Shown here in pieces: positions 1 through 14,259 of a DNA stretch of 64,000 nt; the first letter of the stretch is position 1; each line of letters starts with the position of its first letter. The stretch comes from Myxococcota bacterium (lineage in GTDB: Bacteria; Myxococcota_A; UBA9042; PHBI01; JAWLBL01). The stretch spans positions 217,597 through 281,596 of the forward strand of contig JAWLBL010000005.1 of NCBI GenBank assembly GCA_041687695.1, given 5' to 3'. The translations under genes and the position numbers were made by a program. Under the pieces are notes generated by a model that searched no databases, was not told the DNA's origin, and worked only from the letters and a program-made list of their open reading frames with translations.

Positions 1-145
1 CGGCGGCAAGCCGCCGGGGCCGGGGCTCCGGCAAGCCGGAGCACTCCATGGCCGCCTCAGCCGACATCAACACGACACCCTCTGGAAGCCGGCGATCCCT
101 GCCACCACAGACAGGATTGGGGGGGCAAACGCCGGCCCGCTGGAA

Positions 146-316
146 GAGGGTGTCGCAAAGTCCAACCGGAGTGCTCCACCTTGGTGGAGCCCCCTTCCGG
201 CGCAGCTTGCTGCGCCGGGTTGGCGGCCCGATCCCGGCGGCAAGCCGCCGGGGCCGGGGCTCCGGCAAGCCGGAGCACTCCATGGCCGCCTCAGCCGACA
301 TCAACACGACACCCTC
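146..316. mobile_element. MITE-like element, copy A (171 bp); further copies at 380-550 and <1-82
   Basis: Ends GAGGGTGTCG/CGACACCCTC are perfect inverted repeats; flanked by TGGAA (141-145) and TGAAA (317-321); four internal hairpins at 173-190, 197-218, 233-252, 259-276. Confidence 0.75.
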
Positions 317-379
317 TGAAAGCCGGCGATCCCTGCCACCACAGACAGGATTGGGGGGGCAAACGCCGGCCCGCTGGAA

Positions 380-550
380 GAGGGTGTCGCAAAGTCCAAC
401 CGGAGTGCTCCACCTTGGTGGAGCCCCCTTCCGGCGCAGCTTGCTGCGCCGGGTTGGCGGCCCGATCCCGGCGGCAAGCCGCCGGGGCCGGGGCTCCGGC
501 AAGCCGGAGCACTCCATGGCCGCCTCAGCCGACATCAACACGACACCCTC
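380..550. mobile_element. MITE-like element, copy B (171 bp)
   Basis: Same inverted ends; perfect TGGAA duplication at 375-379 and 551-555. Confidence 0.75.
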
Positions 551-664
551 TGGAAGCCGGCGATCCCAGCCACCACAGACAGGCTTGGGGGGGCAAACGC
601 CGGCCGGCTGGAAGCCGGCGATCCCAGGGAACGGCTGAACGCCGGCGATGACCGTCGGCTCTGC

Positions 665-2476
665 TCAGTCGCCCTGGCGCAGGGCGGCGGTGACGACGGC
701 CTCGGCGAGGGGGACGGCGGCCTTGTCGAGGGTCTTGGTCAGGGCCTCGATGGCGTCGGGGTCGTCGCCGCCCAGGGCGCGGCGCAGGTTGCGGCTGAGG
801 GCCTCGATGGCCATGCGAGGCTCTTCGCCCAGGCTGGCCCAGGCGGGGGAGGCGCGGCCGCGGTCGGTCGCCGCCAGGACGCGCTCGGCCTTGGCGCGGG
901 CCTCGGTCAGGCGGCGCGTCTCGGCGTCGGCTTCGGCGTGGGCCTGGGCGTCGGCCAGCAGCCGGTCCAGCTCGTCCGAGGTCAGGCCGTAGGTCGGCTT
1001 GACCTCGACCTCGCGGACCGTGCCGGTCTCGGCGTCGCGGGCCGTGACCGTCAGCAGGCCGTTGGCGTCGACCACGAAGCGGACCTCGAGCCGCGTCGCG
1101 CCGGCGGGGCGCGGCGGGATGGGCACGCGGAAGCGCGCCAGGCTGCGGTTGTCGGCGGCCAGCGCGCGCTCGCCCTGCACGACGTGGACCAGCACCGCCG
1201 TCTGGTCGTCGACGAAGGTCGTGTAGTGGTCCGTCGCGATGGCAGGCACGGGGGTGTTGCGCGGCAAGACGACGCTGACGCCGCCGCCATAGGACTCGAG
1301 GCCCAGGCTGAGCGGCAGCACGTCGAGCAGCACGGCGTCGCGGCGGCCACCGGCCATGATGTGGGCCTGGTGCGCCGCGCCCAGGGCGACCGCCTCGTCG
1401 GGGTGGACGGCGTCGCTGCCGGGGCGGCCGAACAGGTCGCGCACCAGGCGCTTGACGGCGGGGACGCGGGTGGCGCCGCCGACCAGCAGGACGTGGTCGA
1501 GGTCGGCCGGCGTGATCCGCGCGTCGGCGAGGGCGCGGCGGCAGGGCCCCTCGAGCCGGGCGAGGACCGGGGCGACGGCGGCCTCGAGCTCGGCGCGGGT
1601 GACGGTGAGGTTGACGCCGCCGAACGCGAGGTCGGCCGCCGGTCGCTCGCTGAGGGCGTGCTTGGCGGCGACGACCTGGCGGCGCAACCGCTCGCGCTGC
1701 AGGTCGTCGGCGGGCGTCGGAAGCCGCGGGGCCCAGGCCGCGAGCAGCGCCGCGTCGAGGTCGTCGCCGCCCAGGTGGGTGTCGCCGGCCGTGGCCAGCA
1801 CCTGGAAGACACCGGCCTCGAGGCGCAGGACGGACACGTCGAAGGTGCCGCCGCCCAGATCGAAGACGGCGACCGTGGTGCCCTCGGGCGCTCGCTCGCC
1901 CTCGAGGCCGTAGGCCAGGCAGGCGGCGGTGGGCTCGTTCAGGATGCGCAGCACGTCCAGGCCGGCGAGTCGGCCGGCGTCCCGGGTGGCCTGGCGCTGC
2001 GCGTCGTCGAAGTAGGCCGGGACGGTGACGACGGCGCGCGCGACCGGCTGGCCCAGGGCGGCCTCGGCCCGGCGCGCGAGGGCGCGCAGCAGGGCCGCCG
2101 ACAGCTCGGGGGCCGAGAAGCGGCGCGGCGAGTCGCCCAGCCGGACCTGGACCACCCGCTCGCTGGCGGCGGCATCGACGCGGTGGCCGAGGTGGGCGGC
2201 CTGGTCCTTCAAGTCGGCCCAGGCGCGGCCCATCAGCCGCTTGACCGACCAGGCGGCGCGGCCGGGGTCGCGCGCCAGGATGGCCTGGGCCGGCGCGCCC
2301 ACGACCAGCTGGCCGTCGTCGTCCAGGGCGACGACCGACGGCAGCAGCGCCTGCCCCGCCTCGTCGCGCAGCAGCCGCGGGCGGCCGTCGGCCTCGACCA
2401 CCGCCACGAGGCTGTGGGTCGTGCCCAGGTCGATGCCCACGATGGGGCCGCCGCCGACGTCCGTGGCGCCCGCCAT
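665..2476 (-). CDS. hscA: Fe-S assembly Hsp70 chaperone HscA
   Basis: [31 protein letters not shown] motifs; directly downstream of hscB in the isc operon. Confidence 0.92.
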   Translation of the reverse strand: MAGATDVGGGPIVGIDLGTTHSLVAVVEADGRPRLLRDEAGQALLPSVVALDDDGQLVVGAPAQAILARDPGRAAWSVKRLMGRAWADLKDQAAHLGHRVDAAASERVVQVRLGDSPRRFSAPELSAALLRALARRAEAALGQPVARAVVTVPAYFDDAQRQATRDAGRLAGLDVLRILNEPTAACLAYGLEGERAPEGTTVAVFDLGGGTFDVSVLRLEAGVFQVLATAGDTHLGGDDLDAALLAAWAPRLPTPADDLQRERLRRQVVAAKHALSERPAADLAFGGVNLTVTRAELEAAVAPVLARLEGPCRRALADARITPADLDHVLLVGGATRVPAVKRLVRDLFGRPGSDAVHPDEAVALGAAHQAHIMAGGRRDAVLLDVLPLSLGLESYGGGVSVVLPRNTPVPAIATDHYTTFVDDQTAVLVHVVQGERALAADNRSLARFRVPIPPRPAGATRLEVRFVVDANGLLTVTARDAETGTVREVEVKPTYGLTSDELDRLLADAQAHAEADAETRRLTEARAKAERVLAATDRGRASPAWASLGEEPRMAIEALSRNLRRALGGDDPDAIEALTKTLDKAAVPLAEAVVTAALRQGD

Positions 2477-3099
2477 CAGCGCTCGGGCTCACCGGTCCGG
2501 GCCGCCTCGACCTCGCGCGCGAGGCGGTCCACCACCTTGAGGCGCCCCAGGACGCCGCGCACGGCGTCGAGGACCTGCCGGTGCTCCGCGGTCAGCTCGG
2601 CCGCGCCCGACGGCGGCTCGCCCAGCGCGTCCCAGCGGCCGCCCAGGTCCACCAAATCGCGCTCGGCCGCCGCGCGCCACGTCACCAGCCGCTGATGCAC
2701 GCGCCCCAGCGCGTCCGCCCGGGCGCTCGGGTCGGCCCGGCGCGCGTCGTCGACGGCCTCGCCCAGCTCGAAGGCCTCGCCGAGCACCTCCGGGGGCACC
2801 GGCGCGGCGGCGTCCTCGCCCGGCCGGTACAGGCGCACCAGCGTCTCGGCCCGCGCGTCCAGCCGGCTCAGGGCGCGCCAGCCGTCGTTCAAGTGCGCGG
2901 TCATGCCCAGGCGCATCTCGCGCTCCTCGGGGCCCGCGTCGCCGTAGAGATCCGGGTGCAGCTGCCGGACCCGCTCGAGGTAGCGGCGGCGCACCGCCTC
3001 GGTGTCGAGCAGCAGGCCGGGGGCGACCTCGAACATGGCGAAGAAGTCCTGCGGGTGCACGGCGCCCGCGGGCGCGCCGACGTCCTGGCCGATGCTCAC
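2476..3099 (-). CDS. hscB: Co-chaperone HscB (J-domain)
   Basis: GTG start overlapping the iscU stop (GTGA); DFFAMF...LHPD J-domain and LNDGWRAL; position between iscU and hscA. Confidence 0.88.
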   Translation of the reverse strand: MSIGQDVGAPAGAVHPQDFFAMFEVAPGLLLDTEAVRRRYLERVRQLHPDLYGDAGPEEREMRLGMTAHLNDGWRALSRLDARAETLVRLYRPGEDAAAPVPPEVLGEAFELGEAVDDARRADPSARADALGRVHQRLVTWRAAAERDLVDLGGRWDALGEPPSGAAELTAEHRQVLDAVRGVLGRLKVVDRLAREVEAARTGEPER

Positions 3100-3521
3100 G
3101 TGCTCGCCTCCTCGGTGGCCTCGCTGGGCGCGGCGGCCGCCGCCTGCTTGCGCTCGAAGTCGGCGATGGCCGCGCGGATGGCGTCCTCGGCGAGCACCGA
3201 GCAGTGGATCTTGATGGGGGGCAGCGCCAGCTCCTGCCGGATCTGCGCGTTCTTGATGGCGCGGGCCTCGTCGATGGTGCGGCCCTTGACCAGCTCGGTC
3301 GCCAGCGAGCTGGAGGCGATGGCGCTGCCGCAGCCGAAGGTCTTGAACTTGGCCTCGACGATGACGCGCGTCGCCGGGTCGACCCGGACCTGCAGCTTCA
3401 TGACGTCGCCGCACTCGGGGGCGCCGACCAGGGCCGTGCCGACGTCCGGCGCGTCCTTGTCCAGGCTGCCGACGTTCCTGGGGTTGGTGTAGTGGTCGAC
3501 GACCTTGTCGCTGTACGCCAT
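3096..3521 (-). CDS. iscU: Fe-S scaffold IscU
   Basis: MAYSDKVVDHYTNPRNVG, CGD, FGCGSA, LPPIKIHC. Confidence 0.97.
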   Translation of the reverse strand: MAYSDKVVDHYTNPRNVGSLDKDAPDVGTALVGAPECGDVMKLQVRVDPATRVIVEAKFKTFGCGSAIASSSLATELVKGRTIDEARAIKNAQIRQELALPPIKIHCSVLAEDAIRAAIADFERKQAAAAAPSEATEEAST

Positions 3522-3522
3522 C

Positions 3523-4745
<1,223 letters not shown>

Positions 4746-4749
<4 letters not shown>

Positions 4750-5195
4750 TCGCAGATCTCCTGCAGCGAGGTCGCGCCCAGCACGCGCATCACCTTCTCG
4801 TTCAAGCGCTCGAGCGGGCGCTTGATGCCACAGAGCGAGAACTGGTCACAGCCCTCGTCGTCCGAGAAGTTGCAGCTGACCAGGGTCAGCGGCCCCTCGA
4901 CGGCCTCGATGACCTCGCGGACGTTGATGGCGTCGGGGTGGCGGGTCAGCGCGTAGCCGCCGGTCTTGCCCTGGCGGCTGTCGACCAGGCCGGCCGCCTT
5001 CAGCTGCTGCAGGATCTTGGCCAGGATGGCCTCGGGGATCCCGTAGGCCGCCGCGATCTCGCGGGCGCTCGCGGTCGCCGCCGCGCCCGACTCGATGGCC
5101 CCCAGCATTGGGCTCGCCTTACCGGCCTGCAGCATCCCGAGGTGGCGCAGGGCGAGCAGCCCGTAGTCCGCCTTCTTCGACAGCCTCAACATCAC
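4746..5195 (-). CDS. iscR: Rrf2-family regulator, IscR-like (alternative ATG start at 5192)
   Basis: [10 protein letters not shown], winged HTH G-x-x-GGY, three Cys in C-terminal half; first gene of the isc operon. Confidence 0.85.
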
Positions 5196-5345
5196 GCGTC
5201 CCCGTGGGTCCGACGGAGGGTTCGGCGCACGTTACACCAACTCCGGAGCGCCAAACAGGACCATGCAAGTCCGAATTCCGCGCCGTTACGAGGATCCATT
5301 GCGATTTCGCCCGGATCCGCGCCTCTCGGTGGGGGACATCCCTCG

Positions 5346-5374
5346 TTGACACGCTGGGGGGCCGTTCCTATGTT
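5346..5374 (+). promoter_or_regulatory. Sigma70-type promoter of mrp/apbC
   Basis: TTGACA-17 bp-TATGTT, followed by GGAGG RBS before ATG 5405. Confidence 0.7.
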
Positions 5375-5404
5375 GCGCCGACTTCGGAACCGGGAGGCCC
5401 CTTC

Positions 5405-6559
5405 ATGGCTACGACCATCGACCGAGACGCGGCGCTCGCCGCCCTGCGCACCGTCAACGACCCCGACCTTCGCAAGGATCTCGTGACCCTCGGCATGGTC
5501 CGCGACCTCGAGGTGTCCCAGGCCGGCAAGGTGTCGCTGCGGGTGGTCCTGACGACGCCGGCCTGCCCGCTCAAGGACAAGATCCGCGCCGACGTGGTCG
5601 CCGCCCTGCGCGGCGCGGGGGCCACCGAGGTGGACGTCACCATGGACGCCGAGGTCCGCCGCGCTCCCGGCATGGGCCAGGGCGGCCACGGCGGCCACGC
5701 GCACGGCCCGCACGGGGCGACCGGGGCGGCCGACCGCCTGCCGGGTGTCAAGGCCATCGTCGCCGTCGGCTCGGGCAAGGGCGGCGTCGGCAAGAGCACC
5801 GTCGCCACCAACCTGGCGGTCGCGCTCGCGCGCTCGGGGGCCAAGGTCGGCCTGCTCGACGCCGACATCTACGGCCCCTCGATGCCGGTCATGCTGGGCC
5901 TGCGCAACGTCCGCCCGTCCATGACGCCCGACGAGAAGATCGCCCCCATGGAGCGGTACGGCCTCAAGGTCATGTCGATGGGCTTCATGATCAAGGAGGA
6001 CGACGCCATCGTCTGGCGCGGCCCCATGCTGGGCAAGGCCCTGCAGCAGTTCATCGAGGACGTCGAGTGGGGCGAGCTGGACTACCTCATCATCGACATG
6101 CCGCCGGGCACCGGTGACGTGCAGCTGAGCCTCGCGCAGCTGCTGCCGGTCGCGGGCTCGGTCGTGGTCACGACCCCGCAGGACGTCGCCTTCGCCGACG
6201 TGCGCCGCGCCATCAAGATGTTCCAGATGACCCACACGCGCGTGCTGGGCCTCGTCGAGAACATGAGCCACTTCATCTGCGGCCACTGCGACGCCGAGCA
6301 CCACATCTTCGGCGACAGCCGCATCGACTACCACGCCGGCAAGATGGGCTTCGACGTCCTCGCCAAGGTCCCGCTGGACTCGGTGACCGCCGTCGCGGCC
6401 GACCACGGCGAGCCCATCGTCGTCGCCGCCCCCGAGTCGGCCGGCGCCAGGGCCTACTTCGAGCTGGCCGGCCGCATCTCGCAGAAGCTGGCCATCCTGT
6501 CGGCCGACCAGCCGCAGCAGGACAAGTTCAAGAGCTTCTTCGAGCGTCAGCCCGCCTGA
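5405..6559 (+). CDS. apbC: Mrp/ApbC (NBP35) Fe-S carrier ATPase
   Basis: N-terminal DPDL...TTPACP domain, SGKGGVGKST, DADIYGPS, WRGPM, DMPPGTGD, VTTPQ, CGHC. Confidence 0.93.
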   Translation: MATTIDRDAALAALRTVNDPDLRKDLVTLGMVRDLEVSQAGKVSLRVVLTTPACPLKDKIRADVVAALRGAGATEVDVTMDAEVRRAPGMGQGGHGGHAHGPHGATGAADRLPGVKAIVAVGSGKGGVGKSTVATNLAVALARSGAKVGLLDADIYGPSMPVMLGLRNVRPSMTPDEKIAPMERYGLKVMSMGFMIKEDDAIVWRGPMLGKALQQFIEDVEWGELDYLIIDMPPGTGDVQLSLAQLLPVAGSVVVTTPQDVAFADVRRAIKMFQMTHTRVLGLVENMSHFICGHCDAEHHIFGDSRIDYHAGKMGFDVLAKVPLDSVTAVAADHGEPIVVAAPESAGARAYFELAGRISQKLAILSADQPQQDKFKSFFERQPA

Positions 6560-6594
6560 CGCACGCCGCGCGCAGGACGCTCACCTTCGCATTC

Positions 6595-6658
6595 GAAGGG
6601 CCCGCCGAAGGCACGGGCGCTCATGGTTGAGCGGCCGCCGTCTTCGCGCGGGCCCTTC
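6595..6658. terminator. Inverted repeat between convergent apbC and asnS
   Basis: GAAGGGCCCGC ... GCGGGCCCTTC followed by a pyrimidine run. Confidence 0.45.
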
Positions 6659-6675
6659 CTTTTCTCCACCGCGGC

Positions 6676-8064
<1,389 letters not shown>

Positions 8065-8095
8065 GGGGTTGCCTCGTCGGGGGGTCGAGGCGCCG

Positions 8096-8124
8096 TGTAT
8101 ACCGACGACCGGCCGGGCAGGCAA
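8096..8124 (-). promoter_or_regulatory. Sigma70-type promoter of asnS
   Basis: On the minus strand, TTGCCT-17 bp-TATACA about 30 bp upstream of the ATG. Confidence 0.55.
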
Positions 8125-8373
8125 CGTCCGCGCGCGCCCGGTTCCTGGCGTCCGTCACGGCCGCCAGGCCCAGCCATGGCCGCGGCGGCGCCGGGCTCGC
8201 GAGGCGCATGGTTCCTCCGCTTTGCCCACCCGTCGACACCGGCGGTACGCTCGCCCTCAGCCCCTCCCCTCCCCTCCCCCGCCCCCTCCCCCTCAACGTC
8301 GCGCCGAACGAGTCGCCGGTCCGCCGCCCCTCGTCGCCGCGGAGGTGCGCGCCGCGTGCCCACCCCGAGAGTG

Positions 8374-10587
<2,214 letters not shown>

Positions 10588-11761
10588 GGCGCCTCCGTCG
10601 CTGGCGCGCTGGCCGGCGGGGGGGCGGCTCCGGCTCCGGCGCGGCGGGGCGCGCACGCAGGAACGCCAGGACCGCCAGCTCGTCCGGCTCGAGGCCCTCC
10701 GCCCCCGCCGCGGCGTCGTCGAGCCCGGCGCGGGCCGCCTCGAGCTGCTCGAGCAGCGTGCCCGCGAGGTAGGCCTCGACGACCTCGGGGTGAACGTAGT
10801 GCCGCCGGCAGACGGCGCGCGTGTTGTGCAGGAGCGCGGAGGTCCGATCGATGGCGACGACGACGTTCTTCTTGCGCTGGGTCTGCGTCTCGCCGGGCCC
10901 GAGCTCGATGAGGACGCGCGCCGCGATGACCGTGCCGCCCCAGGTGCGGAAGTCCTTCGCGGTCACGGCCTCACCGGCCGCCTCGCGCAGGTAGGCGTTG
11001 ACGTCGCCGGAGTCCACGGCGTGGTGGCCCTCGCCCTGCCGATAGCGGAACAGCTCCTGGCCCGGGATCTCCAGGCACGCGCGGATGACGCGCGAGAGCC
11101 GTCGGCTGCGCAGCTCGACGTCGTGCTCCTTGCCGCGCTTGCCGCGAAAGTGCAGGTGGATGCGCGTCCCGGTGACCTCGACGTGCTCGTCGAGCAGCGT
11201 CGTGAGGCCGAAGGACTCGTTGGCGCGCGCGTACTCGTCGTTGCCGACGCGGATGAGCGTGCGGTCGATGAGCCGCACGACGGCCGCGAGGACCCGCTCG
11301 CGGGACAGGCCGCGGCGCGCCAGATCGCGCTCGACCCGCGCCCGGATGCCCGGGAGCACCTCGCCGAAGCGGATCATGCGGTGGAAGTTGGTGCGGGTGC
11401 GGACCTCGGACCAGCGCTCGTGGTAGCGGTACTGCTTGCGGCCGCGCGCGTCGCGACCGGTGGCCTGCAGGTGCCCGTCCTCGAAGGCGCAGATCCACAC
11501 GTCGGTCCACGCGGGCGGGATGACGAGGGCGCGGATGCGCGCGAGGGTGAGGCGGTCTCGGACGGGTCGGCCCTCGGCGTCGACGTAGCGAAAGCCCGCG
11601 CCGTGGCGCACGCGCCGAAAGCCCGGCTCGTCACCGCACACGTAGCGCAGGCCGGCGGCCTCGGCGACGGCGGGCGGCTCGGCGTCGGGCGGGGGCAGCG
11701 GGATGTCGGGGCCTTTTGACGAGGTCATGCGGGGCGGCCTGGCCAGCGGGTGAGGCCCATG

Positions 11762-12673
11762 TCAGGGTTGGGCGGCGTCGGCGGCGCCGAGGGAGACCGC
11801 GCGGTAGGCGGCCAGGAGCCCGACGGCCAGGCGCCGGGGAGACGCCACGGCGGCGCGCTCGCGGGCGCGGGCGGCCAGCGCCCGGCGGCGGGGGGGATCG
11901 GCCTCGAGCGTCCGGGCCGCGCGGTCGAGCGCTCCCTCGGCCGCGTCCGACACCCAGGTCGCGGCGTCGCCCCAGGCCTCGCGCCACCACGGGCAGTCCG
12001 CCAGGACCAGCGCGGCGCCGTCGACCGCGGCCTCGAGGGCGGCCAGGCCGCTGCGCGCGCGCGGGTCGCGCAGGGTGAAGACCGGCGGGTCGTCGGCGCG
12101 GTCTTCGTCCTGGTGGGGAGGCAGGGCGTGAGCCTCGAGGGCGTAGGGGACCACTCGGGCACCAGCCAGGGGCCCGAAGTGGCGCTCGAGCTCGGTGAGC
12201 AGCGCGGCCGCCGGCACGACGACCAGCGCGGCCGCGCGGAGGCCGGCGCGCCAGGCCGCCGAGACCGGGCCGCCGGGGGTGGTCGCGCGGGCGACGGCGG
12301 CGTCGTGGCCCATCACCAGGGCCGGCGCGTCGAACGGCGCGGCGCCGAGGACGGGGTGGTTGAGGTGCACGACGTCCGGGCGCACCTGGCGCTCGATGGC
12401 GCGCAGCCACTCGGCCGCGACCCGCCGGCGCACGGCGGCCCCGCTGGCGGGGGGCTCGTGGACGAACAGCCGGGCGTTGGGCAGCGCGGCGACGGCCTCG
12501 CGCGCGGCGACCGACACGGGCGCCAACGACGCCAGCGTCACCTCGACCCCGAAGGCGCCGAGGGCGCGCGTCGCGGTGAGGGAGGTCGCCCACACGGCGC
12601 CGTCGGCTTCGCTCGGATCGGTCGACATGAGGACCGCCCCCGGCTCGCGAGGGCTGTGGAAGCAGACGTTCAC
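11762..12673 (-). CDS. Degenerate GT4-like glycosyltransferase (possible pseudogene)
   Basis: LMSTD..GAVW, PDVVHLN, GLAALEAA..GAALVLAD...REAWGDAA; short, and lacks the first Glu of EX7E. Confidence 0.6.
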   Translation of the reverse strand: MNVCFHSPREPGAVLMSTDPSEADGAVWATSLTATRALGAFGVEVTLASLAPVSVAAREAVAALPNARLFVHEPPASGAAVRRRVAAEWLRAIERQVRPDVVHLNHPVLGAAPFDAPALVMGHDAAVARATTPGGPVSAAWRAGLRAAALVVVPAAALLTELERHFGPLAGARVVPYALEAHALPPHQDEDRADDPPVFTLRDPRARSGLAALEAAVDGAALVLADCPWWREAWGDAATWVSDAAEGALDRAARTLEADPPRRRALAARARERAAVASPRRLAVGLLAAYRAVSLGAADAAQP

Positions 12674-12840
12674 GGGCGACCTCGCGGTGGGCGGGTCCGC
12701 GGTTGCGTCGGCAGGGGACGGGCGCGCGCGCCGGAGCCCGACGCGGGTGCGCGGCAGGAGCGCGAGGGCCCAGCGCCAACCTCACGAGACTAGAGACGGC
12801 CGCCGCGGGAGGTCAACGACGCGGGCTCGGCGGGCAGACC

Positions 12841-13020
12841 GGCCACGGAACCGGCACCCGACCAGGCCACGGCACCCGGCCACGGCACCCGGCCACGGCA
12901 CCCGGCCACGGCACCCGGCCACGGTCACGGTCACGGGCTCGACCACGGCACCCGGCCACGGCACCCGGCCACGGCACCCGGCCACGGCCACGGCACCCGG
13001 CCACGGTCACGGCCTCGGCC
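12841..13020. repeat. Low-complexity tandem array of GGCCACGGCACCC (13 bp) and CACGG(T/C) (6 bp) units
   Basis: About 8 copies of the 13-mer interleaved with hexamers, in a divergent intergenic region. Confidence 0.9.
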
Positions 13021-13125
13021 ATGGGTCCGGCGCTCCCGTGGCGTCGGTTGACCCCGGCTCGGCCGGTTCCGACGTTCTCTGGGCGTCCCTCCCCGCCCCC
13101 GCCCCCACCGCCCGGAGTCCCCCCG

Positions 13126-14256
13126 ATGTTCTGGAAGCGGATCAAGCTCTTCACGATCCTGGGCTTCGAGGTCCACCTCGATCTCAGCTGGCTCGTCATC
13201 GGGCTCCTGGTCACCTGGAGCCTGGCGGCGGGCCTGTTCCCCGCGTTCTATCCGGGCCTGTCGACGGCGGCGTACTGGATCATGGGCATCGTCGGGACGC
13301 TGGGCCTGCTCGTGTCCATCGTGCTGCACGAGCTCAGCCACTCGCTGGTCGCGCGCCGCTTCGACATGCCCATGAAGGGCATCACCCTGTTCATGTTCGG
13401 CGGCGTCGCCGAGATGAAGGCCGAGCCCACGAGCGCCAAGGCCGAGCTGCTCATGGCGCTGGTCGGACCGCTGACCAGCTTCGTGCTGGGCGGTCTGTTC
13501 TATCTGATCACGCTCGTCGACGGCGGCCCGGTGCCGCTGTTCGCGGTCCTCGAGTACCTCGCCTTCATCAACATCGTGCTCGCCATCTTCAACATGGTGC
13601 CGGCCTTCCCGCTCGACGGCGGGCGCGTCCTGCGCGCCGCCTTGTGGGCCTGGAAGAAGGATCTGGTGGTGGCGACGCGCTGGGCGGCCGGCGTGGGCCA
13701 GGCCTTCGGGGTGCTGCTCATCGCCCTGGGCGTCTTCAGCGTCTTCCAGGGCAACCTCATCGGCGGCATCTGGTGGTTCCTCATCGGCCTGTTCGTGCGC
13801 GGGGCGGCGGCCTCGTCCTACCAGCACGTCGTCGTCCGCGACGCCCTCAAGGACGAGCCGCTGACGCGATTCGTCGAGCCGGGCGGCCCGTCCGCGGCCC
13901 CCGAGATGACCGTGGGCGAGCTGGTCGAGGGCGTCGTCTACCGGCACCGCACCGATCTGGTCCCGGTGGTCGAGGGCGATCGCCTGGTCGGGTGCGTCAC
14001 GGCCGAGCGCCTCGAGCGGGTCCCCCGCGACAGCTGGGGCGCGCGCCGCGTCGCCGACGTGGTCGAGCAGTGCACCGACCAGAACACCATCAGCGCCGAC
14101 GCCGACGCCGCCGACGCCGTCACCCAGATGAGCGCCTCCGGCAAGGAGAAGCTGATCGTCAGCGACCACGGGCGCTTCCTCGGCACGATCTCCCTGCGGC
14201 GCCTGCTCGAGTTCCTGCAGCTCAAGACCCGGCTCGAGCCGCATCGGCCGCGCTGA
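13126..14256 (+). CDS. Site-2 protease (M50) with C-terminal CBS pair
   Basis: LHELSH (HExxH), FNMVPAFPLDGGR, multiple TM segments, CBS-like tail. Confidence 0.92.
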   Translation: MFWKRIKLFTILGFEVHLDLSWLVIGLLVTWSLAAGLFPAFYPGLSTAAYWIMGIVGTLGLLVSIVLHELSHSLVARRFDMPMKGITLFMFGGVAEMKAEPTSAKAELLMALVGPLTSFVLGGLFYLITLVDGGPVPLFAVLEYLAFINIVLAIFNMVPAFPLDGGRVLRAALWAWKKDLVVATRWAAGVGQAFGVLLIALGVFSVFQGNLIGGIWWFLIGLFVRGAAASSYQHVVVRDALKDEPLTRFVEPGGPSAAPEMTVGELVEGVVYRHRTDLVPVVEGDRLVGCVTAERLERVPRDSWGARRVADVVEQCTDQNTISADADAADAVTQMSASGKEKLIVSDHGRFLGTISLRRLLEFLQLKTRLEPHRPR

Positions 14257-14259
14257 CCG

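Larger units (their letters stand above)
1..627. repeat. Tandem array with a 234-bp period (at least 2.6 copies, truncated at window start); unit = 171-bp MITE-like element + 5-bp duplication + 58-bp REP-like unit
   Basis: ATGGCCGCCTCAG recurs at 48, 282 and 516; copies differ at only a few bases; the final unit (551-608) lacks the 171-bp insert. Confidence 0.95.

Noticed and set aside
1..627. CRISPR array
   Set aside because: The whole 234-bp unit repeats nearly identically, with no unique spacers and no cas genes in the window.
48..651. ORFs of 196 and 156 aa over the tandem array
   Set aside because: They stay open only because the period (234) is divisible by 3 and the GC content is high; there is no codon bias or recognisable domain, and DNA symmetry explains the sequence.
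665..2476. Housekeeping dnaK
   Set aside because: The hscB/iscU context and the absence of grpE/dnaJ indicate HscA.
12703..13125. Repeat-encoded N-terminal extension of the M50 protease
   Set aside because: The family-like sequence begins at MFWKRIKL (13126) with an upstream GGAG; the extension is just translated repeat.
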